Assembly (NCBI GenBank): GCA_963705165.1
Contig: CAVPJD010000009.1
Location: forward strand, 32,001-96,000
Direction of reading: 5' to 3'
DNA from: an uncultured delta proteobacterium
GTDB taxonomy: Bacteria; Desulfobacterota; Syntrophia; Syntrophales; UBA2192
Length of the DNA stretch: 64,000 bases
Of the stretch, positions 1 to 9,590 are shown in pieces. The notes beneath the pieces were generated by a model, which was not told where the DNA came from, made no database searches, and worked only from the letters and a program-made list of their open reading frames with translations. Every line of letters begins with the position of its first letter. Positions within the stretch are counted from its first letter, which is position 1. Both the position numbers and the translations under genes were made by a program.

Positions 1-30
1 TCCGCTTTTCTGCCCCGTCAGGCTTCTCAT
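1..30 (-). CDS. 5' end of an ORF truncated by the window edge (MRSLTGQKSG...), downstream of the peptide pair
   Basis: ATG at 30 (alternative in-frame ATG at 69), open to position 1; too short to identify. Confidence 0.4.
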   Translation of the reverse strand, partial: MRSLTGQKSG

Positions 31-37
31 CTCCACC

Positions 38-74
38 CGTTCATGAGCGGGGAGACCGTCCCCGCCCATGAACG
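38..74 (-). other. Strong stem-loop between the peptide genes and the next ORF (possible mRNA stabiliser or attenuator)
   Basis: On minus strand CGTTCATGGGCGGGGA pairs with TCCCCGCTCATGAACG (16 bp, one G-U); no U-tract follows. Confidence 0.7.
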
Positions 75-150
75 AATGCTAAGGAGATAGTCAGTGACGT
101 GTTGCAGAAGATACCGGTAACTGACTTATAAACTCGTTGTGCCAGGACTT

Positions 151-252
151 TTACTGCCGTACCGGGCCGCACATGGGATCAACCCAGTACTTTCCGTTGA
201 GCATCTTCTCCTGGCCCTTTTTCACGTCTTTTTTCGTCTCGTTCTTTCTCAT
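151..252 (-). CDS. 33-aa peptide MRKNETKKDVKKGQEKMLNGKYWVDPMCGPVRQ, putative RiPP precursor 2
   Basis: Manual translation; shares MRK start and WVDPMCGP with the neighbouring peptide using partly different codons; purine-rich upstream sequence. Confidence 0.75.
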   Translation of the reverse strand: MRKNETKKDVKKGQEKMLNGKYWVDPMCGPVRQ

Positions 253-306
253 GGCCTTTTTCTCTTTCGCAGCAATTCTGTTTGTTGGATGTCGTGATCT
301 CTGGCG

Positions 307-414
307 TTATTTGCCCGTTACCATGGGGCCGCACATCGGGTCGACCCAACTCTTGGCGTCCATCAGTTTCCTGGGGGTGATCTTCTTGATTTCAAGCTTT
401 TCGATCTTTCTCAT
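307..414 (-). CDS. 35-aa peptide MRKIEKLEIKKITPRKLMDAKSWVDPMCGPMVTGK, putative RiPP precursor 1
   Basis: Manual translation; perfect Shine-Dalgarno TAAGGAGGT (421-429) 6 nt before the ATG. Confidence 0.85.
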   Translation of the reverse strand: MRKIEKLEIKKITPRKLMDAKSWVDPMCGPMVTGK

Positions 415-651
415 GGGACTACCTCCTTAAGGTGTCTGCCGTGTTTATCGATGCGGGTTCGGAAACTCTTTTCGCTCCGCTGTTCTTCTTTTTTTCAATG
501 CTAACCTAGCGCATCGGCATCGAAATAGAAATCGGCGGCAGTCTGAAAGTGGGATAAGACAGGCAATGAGCAACGGCTAAGACGGGGGCGCAACGTGCCA
601 TCAGACATTGTCCGATGGATGGTGGGGAGGCAAAAAATCCATGGTGCCTGT

Positions 652-1566
652 TCAGGCCGTCGGCGGCGAGCCGTCCGACGGCCCGGCGCACTCGATATCG
701 GAGATCAACCGTTCGAGCTCACGGCGGTCGAAACGGTAGACCGCCCGGCAGAATTCACAGCCCACCTCGGCCTCGCCGTGTTCCTCGAGCAGGTGCGTCA
801 GCTCTACAGACCCCAGCGAAATGAGGACCCGCTCGATGCGGTCGCGATTACAGGTGCATCGGAAGGACAGGTTCTTTTTCTCCAGTGTCTTATAGGGGAT
901 CCCCTCGAAGATCAAGCCGAGGAGGTCCTCCGGCGCGTTGCCTTCCCTCAGGACATCGGTGACCGAGCGGATCTTGCGAATATTGATGATGAGCTGATCG
1001 ATCGTCTGATCCTCCGAGGGCGGCAGCGACTGGATGAGAAACCCGCCCGCCGCCGAAACCTGCCCGTCCGCCTCGACAAAGACCCCGAGCCCCACGGCCG
1101 AGGGGATTTGCTCGGATTCGACGAAGTAGTAGGCAATGTCCTCGGCGATCTCACCCGTGCGCAGTTTCACGATGCCCTGATAGGGCTCGTCGAGACCCAC
1201 GTCCTTGAATACGGTGAGAAAGCCCTCGGTGCCGAGGGCCCCCGAGACGTGGAGCTTGCCGTCATCCTTGACCATCACGTCGATGCCCGGGACCCCAACG
1301 AACCCCCGGACGGTGCCTGCGCTGTCGGCCTCGACGAGGATCTTTTTCAGAGGGCCGTTGCCCTCGAACTTGAGCCCGACCCGCAGGCCGGGCTTTCCCA
1401 GTGCGCCCAGGAGAAGCCCCCCCGTGAGGGCCCTGCCCAGGGCTGCCGAGGCCGTAGGCGTCGTCCCGTGGAGCCGGCATGCGAGGTTCACCAGATCTGT
1501 CGTCCGGCAGGCAAGGCCGATGACGTTCGCTTTGTCGCTCAGTACGCGGATGAGGGTATCGGACAT
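652..1566 (-). CDS. hslO: Hsp33 redox-regulated chaperone
   Basis: [24 protein letters not shown]-terminal CTC...CEFC zinc motif; start at MSDTLIR. Confidence 0.95.
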   Translation of the reverse strand: MSDTLIRVLSDKANVIGLACRTTDLVNLACRLHGTTPTASAALGRALTGGLLLGALGKPGLRVGLKFEGNGPLKKILVEADSAGTVRGFVGVPGIDVMVKDDGKLHVSGALGTEGFLTVFKDVGLDEPYQGIVKLRTGEIAEDIAYYFVESEQIPSAVGLGVFVEADGQVSAAGGFLIQSLPPSEDQTIDQLIINIRKIRSVTDVLREGNAPEDLLGLIFEGIPYKTLEKKNLSFRCTCNRDRIERVLISLGSVELTHLLEEHGEAEVGCEFCRAVYRFDRRELERLISDIECAGPSDGSPPTA

Positions 1567-1758
1567 CTTATAGCAGGAATTGGGTAATGGGTATTGGGGT
1601 ACAGGGAATCTGTCCAATTCCAAAGAGCTACTTACATACCATGCCGGCCGGGGAAGGGGTCAATCGAAAAAATCATTTTGCCCGATTGCCTGCACGCCGG
1701 TTTGATGTTATTGTGTTGTCACAATACCAACATGAAGATTCTTGAAGGAGGGAATGCC

Positions 1759-2004
1759 ATGAGGATCATCAGAGTCATCACCGTGATTATGGCCGTCGTT
1801 TTTGCGTTGAACATGGCTGCATGCTGCGGTCCTGACACCACGACGACGGAGGTCAAGAAAACGGAGATCATCAACCAGCCGACCGTCGGGCAGCAGCTGG
1901 AGGATCTCGACAAGGCCTACAAGAACGGCGCGATTACCAAGGAAGAATACGATAAGACCAAGCAAGACATTCTGAAAAGAGTCGAGCAGCCCAAGGCCAA
2001 GTGA
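1759..2004 (+). CDS. Small lipoprotein with C-terminal SHOCT-like domain
   Basis: GGAGG SD, hydrophobic signal ending in MAAC-C, LEDLDKAYKNGAITKEEYDKTKQDIL SHOCT pattern. Confidence 0.75.
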   Translation: MRIIRVITVIMAVVFALNMAACCGPDTTTTEVKKTEIINQPTVGQQLEDLDKAYKNGAITKEEYDKTKQDILKRVEQPKAK

Positions 2005-2060
2005 GTTGATCCCGGGGATGAAGGGCGGACACCCGAATCCCCGGGATTTTTTCTTCCCTC

Positions 2061-2546
2061 GTGAGAACTTCGGGCCTTCGGGAGCCTCGGCGAGGAGCTG
2101 TGGCCAAGACGGATCAATTCGGTCAAGGCGTCAGATGGCAGGCGGCACCGATCGTTGTGCTTGTATGGATCGCGATCAGCCTCCTGAGCCCGGCCGCCAC
2201 CACGTTCGGGTCTGACTTCACGATGAAGGGGCCCCGGGAAGAGTTGCGTGTCCCCGAAAAAAGCGACGGCTTGGAGACCTCCAGCGTCGGCGTGGCAATG
2301 CACGGGTTGATCCGGTTCTACCAGGTCGTCATTTCGCCGGCGGGCGGGCCTGACCGCTGCGGTTTCCGGCCCAGCTGCTCCCACTACGGCTACCAGGCCA
2401 TCCGGGAACAGGGCCCCGTCGAGGGGGTCGTGATGACGGCAGACCGGCTGACCCGGTGCAACATCTTCGAGAGGCCCGGATACACGCGACTCCCCAACGG
2501 AAAGCTCTACGATCCCGTTTCGAACAACCTGCTCTTCGAAAAATGA
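2061..2546 (+). CDS. YidD-like (membrane protein insertion efficiency factor family) protein with hydrophobic N-terminal extension; start uncertain
   Basis: IRFYQ..ISP...CGFRPSCSHYG..AI...G......DRLTRCN motif. Confidence 0.8.
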   Translation: MRTSGLREPRRGAVAKTDQFGQGVRWQAAPIVVLVWIAISLLSPAATTFGSDFTMKGPREELRVPEKSDGLETSSVGVAMHGLIRFYQVVISPAGGPDRCGFRPSCSHYGYQAIREQGPVEGVVMTADRLTRCNIFERPGYTRLPNGKLYDPVSNNLLFEK

Positions 2547-3439
2547 AATCATTGCAACGGCTCCTGCCGATACACTTTTGGCTGTTCCTTTTTCTCGCCT
2601 CTGTTTCCCCGCTTCATGCCGAAGACGGGGCCGTCCTTTTTACCGGGGATGTCCAGCTCAAGATCGCCGACGCCTTCATGGAGGAGGGCGAATACTACCG
2701 TGCGGTCACTGAATACAAGAAATTCCTGATCCTTTTCCCGGATTCCGCAAAGGCGGACTATGCCTCCTTCGGGATCGCCATGGCCTATTTCAAGGGCGAG
2801 GAGTACGGGGCGGCTGCGCGATCCTTCCTGGCCCTGCGCGAAAAATATCCCGAAAGCGGCTACGCGATCCAGGCCGGATATCTCGAGGGGGTAAGCCAAT
2901 GGAATCTGAAGAATTACGACAGGGCGCGGGCGGCGCTGGAGGCTCTCGCCGAAAAGTACCCCGAATCGAAATATGCCCCCCGCTCGCTCCTGGTGATCTG
3001 CCTGGCGGCTCTCGATGAAAACAGGGCGGAGGTGAGCCGTCAAGCTCTGAAACGATTCCTGGAGCGGTACCCCGGTCATCCCGGCGAGGAGAATGTCCGT
3101 GAGGCCTTGGCGCTTCTCGACCGGTATCAGGAGCTTCCCGAAAAATCCCCCGTCCTGGCCGGGGTCATGTCGGCCATCCTGCCCGGATCGGGCTACATCT
3201 ACGCCGAACACTATGGAGACGGAATCACGGCGTTTCTCATCAACGGGCTCTTCATCGCGGGAACGATCACGGCCATTCATCAGGAAAACTACGGCGTGGC
3301 CGGCATCGTCGGGGGCGTCGGGGTGCCGTTCTACCTGGGAAACATCTACGGATCGGCCAACGCGGCAAAGAAATGGAACCTCGCGGTCCGAAACGAGATC
3401 ATCCAAAAAATCCACTCGACCCTTTCCCCGCTTCTCTGA
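2543..3439 (+). CDS. TPR/BamD-like repeat protein with C-terminal TM2-like membrane segment
   Basis: ATGA overlap with upstream gene; signal peptide; repeated ..FP.S/YP.S TPR pattern; C-terminal KSP.LAGVMSAILPGSGYIY. Confidence 0.8.
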   Translation: MKSLQRLLPIHFWLFLFLASVSPLHAEDGAVLFTGDVQLKIADAFMEEGEYYRAVTEYKKFLILFPDSAKADYASFGIAMAYFKGEEYGAAARSFLALREKYPESGYAIQAGYLEGVSQWNLKNYDRARAALEALAEKYPESKYAPRSLLVICLAALDENRAEVSRQALKRFLERYPGHPGEENVREALALLDRYQELPEKSPVLAGVMSAILPGSGYIYAEHYGDGITAFLINGLFIAGTITAIHQENYGVAGIVGGVGVPFYLGNIYGSANAAKKWNLAVRNEIIQKIHSTLSPLL

Positions 3440-3595
3440 TGGCAGACCCGATCATTCCACTCCGTGGTATTATTCCTTGACAATCCGGGGCTAACTTCCT
3501 TATGAGTAGTACTGTCATCCTTTCAAATCAGCGAGTCAACCCACCAGCATAACCTTCCAGCCCTCCAGAAGGAGCAGGCCGTGGAAAGGATACCT

Positions 3596-3636
3596 TAAAC
3601 CCCACTTCTCGAATCGGGAGGCGGGGTTTATTTTTT
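3596..3636 (+). terminator. Rho-independent terminator
   Basis: TAAACCCCACTTC...GAGGCGGGGTTTA stem followed by T-run. Confidence 0.6.
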
Positions 3637-3775
3637 CCGGTATGCAGTCGAGAGCGACCCGGTAGACGGTCCAGAGAGGCGCGCTGCTGATCACGCAGAA
3701 ATGCGCCCCTGCAGGATGCCGGAGGTGGCCGGGTTTCAATCTCAAACTTTCGAGGGCAGGAAAAGGAGGGACGCC

Positions 3776-4882
3776 ATGACCCGCCCAGCCGATTCGGATG
3801 TTCAGGAGATCCGGGCAGCCGTTCTGCGCCACAAAGGCGGCCCCATGAAGGCGGAATCCCTCACGATGGAAGGCCCCCGGGACGACGAGGTCCTGGTTCG
3901 CATCGTCGCCAGCGGTATCTGCCATACCGACATCCGCTATGTCGATGACTGGTACCGAGAGTCTGATGGAGCCGTAATCCTGGGCCATGAGGGCGCCGGC
4001 ATCGTGGAGCGTGTCGGGGCTGAGGTGAAGGGCGTCCGGCGCGGTGACCATGTCGTCCTCTCCTTCCAGTCCTGTGGCCATTGCCCCCCCTGCCGGAGCA
4101 GACACCCGACGGACTGTGAGTCCATCTATGATCTGAACTTCGGCTTCCATCGCCAAGACGGCAGCAATGCGCTGCGCCGCAGCCGCGTGAGGGGCCACTT
4201 TTTCGGACAATCCTCTTTTGCGACGCACGTCCTGGCAACGGAGCGCAACCTTGTGAAGGTCCCGAAAAACCTGCCCCTGGAGGTGCTGGCCCCGCTCGGG
4301 TGCGGCCTGCAGACCGGTGCCGGAACCGTGATGAATTCTCTGGCAGTGCCTGCCGGGGCGAGCATCGCCGTCTTCGGCACGGGAGGCGTCGGCCTGGCGG
4401 CAGTCATGGCGGCGCGCATCGTCGGGGCCTATCCCATCATCGGCGTCGACAGGGTCCCCTCGCGGCTCAAGCTTGCCCTGGAGCTGGGCGCAACCCACGT
4501 GATCGACACCCGTCGTGAAAGCGTGACCGAGGGCATCCGGGCAGCCACCGGCAGCGGGGTCGATTACGTGATCGAGACGACCGGCAGCGACAGGCTGTAT
4601 CGACTCGCCGTTGTTTTGTTGAATCCGAAGGGCACCGCGGCCTATCTTGCAGGCGAGAACGGACCGGACTCCCTGCCGGGGGGGCGCAGGGCCCTGAGCA
4701 TCGTCCAGGGAGATGCCATGCCCCAGATTTTTATCCCGATGCTGATCGATTATTACAGAAAAGGGCTTTTCCCCTTCGACCGACTCGAAAAATTCTACGA
4801 CTTCGGGCAGATCAACCGCGCCATCGCCGATGCCCGGTGCGGCCGCACCATCAAGCCCGTCCTGCGGGTAAGCCAAGCCTAG
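3776..4882 (+). CDS. Zn-dependent NAD(P) alcohol dehydrogenase (aryl-alcohol dehydrogenase-like)
   Basis: GICHTD, GHEGAG, CGHCPPC...C structural Zn, FFGQSSFAT, GTGGVG Rossmann; AGGAGG SD. Confidence 0.92.
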   Translation: MTRPADSDVQEIRAAVLRHKGGPMKAESLTMEGPRDDEVLVRIVASGICHTDIRYVDDWYRESDGAVILGHEGAGIVERVGAEVKGVRRGDHVVLSFQSCGHCPPCRSRHPTDCESIYDLNFGFHRQDGSNALRRSRVRGHFFGQSSFATHVLATERNLVKVPKNLPLEVLAPLGCGLQTGAGTVMNSLAVPAGASIAVFGTGGVGLAAVMAARIVGAYPIIGVDRVPSRLKLALELGATHVIDTRRESVTEGIRAATGSGVDYVIETTGSDRLYRLAVVLLNPKGTAAYLAGENGPDSLPGGRRALSIVQGDAMPQIFIPMLIDYYRKGLFPFDRLEKFYDFGQINRAIADARCGRTIKPVLRVSQA

Positions 4883-4903
4883 GGAGAAACCAGAAAAGCA
4901 GGC

Positions 4904-7027
4904 TTACGGTTTTGCCTGGTTTACGGGGATGGATATCCTGAAGGTACTGCCTTTGCCGGGTTCGGTCAGGACCTCGATTTGACCGGTCATTTCGTCGACC
5001 AGGCTCTTGACGATGTAGAGCCCGAGGCCTGTCCCCTTTCCATCTTTTCTTGACGTGAAGAACGGATAGAATATTTTCTTTTTTGTTTCCTCGTCCATGC
5101 CGCAGCCGTTGTCCGTGATCTCGATGGTGAAGCGATTCCCGCCGTTCTTTTCCACGAAGGCCTTGAGCCCCAGCCTGGAATCCTCCTTGTCCGTTACCTG
5201 CGAGGCGTTGATCAACAGATTGATAATCACCTGCTCAAGGGCCAAGGGGTCCGCCAGGATCGTCGGCATGTTTGCCTCGATATCGACCTCGAAGGTTCGG
5301 ATGGCTCGCTTGATCTGATGCCGGCAGATGGAGACAGCTTTTTCGATCGGCTCGCAGGGTTCGATGGGCACTCTCTTGTCGCAGGTCCTCTTCTTCGAAA
5401 ATCCGACAAATTTGGCGACCGTCGCGTGGATGCGCTCCGCCCCGTTCTGGATATTCGTCAAAAGCTTCAGGGCGTCTTCCTGGAACGCATCCCCCGACAT
5501 CCCCATGATTTCAAAGCCGGCCCTGCCTGCCGCCTGCTCCTGAACCATGGGAAGCATGGCGCCGAGATAATCCCTGAGAATCGGCACGTTGAAGAGGATC
5601 AAGTTGTTCGGATTGTTGATTTCGTGGGTCACGCTGGATACGAGCAGACCGAGGGCTGCCAGCTTCTCCTGCTGGATCAGCTCGGTGGTCATGATTTTTT
5701 CTTTTGTGATGTCACTGATCCGGACAATGGCCGACCCCGAAACCCGATATTCCTCGTGAGTCGGATAGACGAAAACTTTTTCATATTTCCCGGACTTTTC
5801 AGGACTGTTCGACTCGAAGCTCGACTCCTCGAAGTGCAAAACAGCCGATTGCACGGAGTTCAGCAAATCGAGGTCGAAGTGCTCTTGCGCCAACGCCGTA
5901 AAGGGCTTCCCCAGGATCTCCAGGTAGTCGGCTGAATGAAAGTAATCGACCGTGGCCCTGTTCGCCATCCGGATGCAGAGATCGCGATCGACCATGATCA
6001 GCGGATCGGAGATGCTGTCGAAGACGGATCGCAGGGTGTTGCGGCTCTGCTGCAGCATCCCCTCGACTTTTCGACGTTCCTCGAGCTCCGCATGCAGGGC
6101 CTCGTTTGCCCTCTTCAACTCGGCTGTTCGTTCCGCAACTCGCGTCTCAAGATCCGCATAGGCTTTCAGCAGGGCTCTCTCAAATCCTTTTTGTTCCGTC
6201 ACGTCGCGAAGAATGACAATGTATTTCTTTTCGTGGGCGATGTGCAGCGCTTTAACCACGACCTCCCTGGAGCTCGGAAGGCGGAAGGACAGGTTGCCGT
6301 CAGCCGGTCGCCGGCGTTTTTTTGCTGAAAGGAGCTTTGAGATCCCGGCCTGTTCCTGCTTCGGGAACAAGTCGACAAATTTCACGGAGATGAGAGCAAT
6401 TTCAGGCTGTCCAAAGATGGAGATCGCTGCCGGGTTCGCGAAGATGACACTCCCCCCCTCCGTCAACTCAAGACGGCCTTCTGAACTATTCGACATGAAG
6501 GCTTCGTGATTCCGGTTGATGGAGATCAACTCGCCGATGAGGTTTCGCGGCAGGATCTCCGCAGGGCGATCGATCCGATCCTGCTTTTTCCTGTGTGCCT
6601 TTTTCTCAAAGCAGGACAGTGCCTCGTTTATTTTTTTGTACGTCTGGTTGAAGGAGGCTTTTGCGATGCAGTCGTTGGCGCCCATCCCGAGGTAATCGAC
6701 CGTTACCCCCTCGGATGCCAAGGCGGTGACGAGGATGATGTAGACGTCCTTCACGGCCGTATCCATTTCCCGGATCATGCGGCAAAGCCGATCTCCGCTG
6801 ACATTCGGCATCACCAGGTCCAGAAGGATGACATCGGGCGTGACCGCCTTCAAAATCTTCAGTGCAGAGACGCCGTCCTTGGCCGTCAGGACATGGAACC
6901 CGTCTTTCTTGAGAAACTTCGCGAGCAGCGCCAGGAAGACGGGGTCGTTGTCCACGATCAGGATCTGATCGACTTTCGCGGCGCGCAGGGTGTCCGCGCG
7001 TTTCCTGGCAGGCGCTAATTTTTTCAT
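4904..7027 (-). CDS. Hybrid sensor histidine kinase (REC-PAS-PAS-HisKA-HATPase)
   Basis: ILIVDND...LLDLVMP receiver; HEINNP H-box; NLLINA, DNGCGM, FFTS, GTGLGL boxes. Confidence 0.92.
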   Translation of the reverse strand: MKKLAPARKRADTLRAAKVDQILIVDNDPVFLALLAKFLKKDGFHVLTAKDGVSALKILKAVTPDVILLDLVMPNVSGDRLCRMIREMDTAVKDVYIILVTALASEGVTVDYLGMGANDCIAKASFNQTYKKINEALSCFEKKAHRKKQDRIDRPAEILPRNLIGELISINRNHEAFMSNSSEGRLELTEGGSVIFANPAAISIFGQPEIALISVKFVDLFPKQEQAGISKLLSAKKRRRPADGNLSFRLPSSREVVVKALHIAHEKKYIVILRDVTEQKGFERALLKAYADLETRVAERTAELKRANEALHAELEERRKVEGMLQQSRNTLRSVFDSISDPLIMVDRDLCIRMANRATVDYFHSADYLEILGKPFTALAQEHFDLDLLNSVQSAVLHFEESSFESNSPEKSGKYEKVFVYPTHEEYRVSGSAIVRISDITKEKIMTTELIQQEKLAALGLLVSSVTHEINNPNNLILFNVPILRDYLGAMLPMVQEQAAGRAGFEIMGMSGDAFQEDALKLLTNIQNGAERIHATVAKFVGFSKKRTCDKRVPIEPCEPIEKAVSICRHQIKRAIRTFEVDIEANMPTILADPLALEQVIINLLINASQVTDKEDSRLGLKAFVEKNGGNRFTIEITDNGCGMDEETKKKIFYPFFTSRKDGKGTGLGLYIVKSLVDEMTGQIEVLTEPGKGSTFRISIPVNQAKP

Positions 7028-7252
7028 GGCTGAGTATCACCCGGGAAAAGACACCGGGACCTGTTCAGGATCGCTTCGGAAACCCCGAAGAAAGCAGAGG
7101 GCTCGACGGTCGTGCATCGACTCACGGGCCTCGGAAAATCGGCCTGCCCCTTCAGCAATGCCCCGGTGCGAACGATCCATGCCGGGACGGTCCGAGGTTG
7201 TCGAGAACCGCGCGCCTGTGCAGGGAAATCGACCACCGCCTGCAGAGTCGTT

Positions 7253-7666
7253 TCAACCGAGAGCACTGTCTACCACTTCCCTCATCTGCCAGATTCCGAC
7301 CGGTTTGATCAGTATTTTATCGATGCCGAAGTCATAGGCCGTCTGGGGCGTGATCAGCTCGCTGTAGCCCGTGCAGAGAATGATGGAGATGTTCGGCCTG
7401 ATTTTTTTCAGGTGATCTGCCAGGTCGAGCCCGGTCAGATTCGGCATCGCCTGGTCCGTAATGACCAGGTCGAATTCGTCAGGTCTGGCCTTGAACGCTT
7501 CCAGGGCTTCGACACTGCTGATCCGCGTGCTCACCTCGTGCCCGAGTTGCAGCAGCATGCCGCAGTAGGTTTCGCAAATGATTTCCTCATCATCCACAAA
7601 AAGGATTCGCCCTCTTCTGCTGGAGTAAAGGGATGCAGGATGCAGATCTGTAAGGGTCACGGTCAA
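7253..7666 (-). CDS. Single-domain response regulator (CheY-like)
   Basis: ILFVDDE, DLVITDQAMP, IILCTG, IKP motifs. Confidence 0.88.
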   Translation of the reverse strand: MTVTLTDLHPASLYSSRRGRILFVDDEEIICETYCGMLLQLGHEVSTRISSVEALEAFKARPDEFDLVITDQAMPNLTGLDLADHLKKIRPNISIILCTGYSELITPQTAYDFGIDKILIKPVGIWQMREVVDSALG

Positions 7667-8134
7667 CTCTCCCTGTGTGTCCTATGATCGAAAATGCAAA
7701 TCCGGAGGCATGAGAGGGCACGCCTCACATCAGTCATATCGGTCGATGGGTCAGGAAATGAATACGAAGAAAGTATGATTATTCCATGCGGCCTCCCCCG
7801 GGGCGTTTCAGGGCCGGGTTCGCACGGCGACACGTACCCTGTCCGAAGGGACACATCCAGATCAGACTACGCCGCTTAGGCACACACGGTTATCTGCCGA
7901 GGATTCCACGACTATTTATCTTCGATAGGCCAACATGGAACGCAGAGCGGAAATTCCGAAAGGCTGCAACCCCGCCTCCTTTCCCATATTCAGCTGATAT
8001 CATGAGGGATTCGTGAATATTTCCTCTCCGGCATGAGTAATGCCTTGGGGACGCTGGCAACAATGTGAAGTTCCCGCCTGCGAGGCGGGGCCGGGCGAAG
8101 CGTTCCCGGTCAGGAAACCAGGAGAGGTGTCACG

Positions 8135-8434
8135 ATGCAGCAGGAAATTTCCATGGTCTATTTGAGCGAAAGCAACCCTTTTCCCCAATATTTCACGCCT
8201 TCAGATCTCCGGTCGATGGTCGGTGAAAGATGGGGTTCGACCGGAGATTTTATCGTGCTGGAGAAAGCCGGCAATGAGGTCACCGTCATCACCTGCGAGG
8301 AGAATTCCCCCTGTGTGGATGAATTGCGCAAGGCGTTGCTGAAGGACAAGAAGATTTCCGTCAAGGTCACGGAAAAAGGGGAGCTCCATCGGCTCTTCAC
8401 CAGAATCTGCAATTTCTTCGGCCTGATTCACTAG
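8135..8434 (+). CDS. Hypothetical protein
   Basis: GGAGAGG SD, plausible composition, co-directional with next ORF. Confidence 0.6.
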   Translation: MQQEISMVYLSESNPFPQYFTPSDLRSMVGERWGSTGDFIVLEKAGNEVTVITCEENSPCVDELRKALLKDKKISVKVTEKGELHRLFTRICNFFGLIH

Positions 8435-8465
8435 CGATGAAAAAGGCGAAAGCGGGGTCGGAACG

Positions 8466-8780
8466 ATGTCTTACGAGAAGCTGCTCGTCATAAAGGAAGA
8501 TCTCCTGGAAGTCGCCGGCAGCGAGGCTCTCTCCCATGATCTGAGTCGTGCAGTCGAGAAAAGGATCGCCCACTGCGATGATGGAAAAACGACCCGTTCA
8601 TTCCGGCGCGAAATCGTCGAACTGATCACCTCCATCGAGATGCTCAAAATCCGATTCCTGCGCGGCGAGGTGCGCGCCAGGGATCTCCACAGGGAAGTCG
8701 ACTTCAGTCTCAACCAATTCCGCATGCGATACCAGAACTTCAACTACCAGGATGACCCGATATTCAGCGCCTATTTCTGA
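8466..8780 (+). CDS. Hypothetical helical protein
   Basis: Clean ORF 31 nt after previous gene; no family recognised. Confidence 0.6.
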   Translation: MSYEKLLVIKEDLLEVAGSEALSHDLSRAVEKRIAHCDDGKTTRSFRREIVELITSIEMLKIRFLRGEVRARDLHREVDFSLNQFRMRYQNFNYQDDPIFSAYF

Positions 8781-8862
8781 CCCCTGCGCATCTGCTCCGA
8801 TGGCAGGGATGGCGCCGCCCCTCGTGACAGGATGCTGGCTGGGTCAAGAGGGGGGGGAGGAG

Positions 8863-9294
8863 TCACATGAAACAGGAAATCAGAACAATTTGATAAAATA
8901 CGACGCCGCTGTAAAGAATGAACGCCATGGCAATCACGGTCTTGGCGAGGCTGAATTTGCTGTGGAGACACAGCAGGAGAAGAGCGCAGCCTATGACGGC
9001 AAGTTTCCAGACGATGAAATGATTCCCGAACGTTGTGATTGCCCAATCCGCAACGGGATTCAGCTCCGTGCCTCCGCAAGCCAGAATCATGTGGGTGAAA
9101 AGGGCGTCGAAAATGTTCAACACGACAATCCAGAGCAGCACCGTGAAAAGTCGATGACCGTAACGGTCGACATAACCGCCACGAAGCCGTTCCTCTCTGC
9201 GCCTGAAAAGACTTCTTCGCCCGCAGAAAAATGTATAGCGGCTCAATACGGGGGTGGGCCTTTTGCGGCGATCTGTCTGACTTCTCTTATTCAT
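8863..9294 (-). CDS. DUF5658-like membrane protein
   Basis: DRR..RR..GGYVDRY N-terminus; LNIFDALFT..L..GGTELNPV..WK membrane core. Confidence 0.75.
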   Translation of the reverse strand: MNKRSQTDRRKRPTPVLSRYTFFCGRRSLFRRREERLRGGYVDRYGHRLFTVLLWIVVLNIFDALFTHMILACGGTELNPVADWAITTFGNHFIVWKLAVIGCALLLLCLHSKFSLAKTVIAMAFILYSGVVFYQIVLISCFM

Positions 9295-9380
9295 ATCGGA
9301 ATTAGAGCTGCCTTTTTTAGGATCACTATACCCCGAAAAGAGCCTTTTATGAATACGAGAAACGTCTGATTTTTTCGCGC

Positions 9381-9396
9381 AGCAAGGCTGCTTCCA
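9381..9396 (-). promoter_or_regulatory. Putative sigma54 promoter for the DUF5658 gene
   Basis: TGGAAGCAGCCTTGCT = GG-N10-GC. Confidence 0.55.
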
Positions 9397-9590
9397 TTCT
9401 CCATCACAAGGCAAGCCCATCCTGGACCGGTTCAGACTGGACCACCCGCCTTACTATCCATAATCATTGGACAATCATCTCTGCTGTGCCGGATTGGACC
9501 TGCGGAGAGGGTCTACCCCGGAGCACCCTCCAGGGCCGAAATTGACGTAATTAGCTGATTATATTGACTAATCTCGCCTGATCCGGCATC

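Noticed and set aside
151..414. Identification of the peptides as mycofactocin precursor MftA or YHS/TRASH domains
   Set aside because: No C-terminal VY and the leader is basic, unlike MftA; DPxCG is present but the peptides end before the rest of a YHS domain.
137..430. 97-aa hydrophobic plus-strand ORF with a repeated GPHxGSTQ
   Set aside because: It is the antisense shadow of the two Lys-rich peptides; TTG start with no SD, whereas the minus strand has a perfect SD and synonymous-only changes in the core.
595..1587. 330-aa plus-strand ORF
   Set aside because: Antisense to hslO; typical high-GC shadow ORF.
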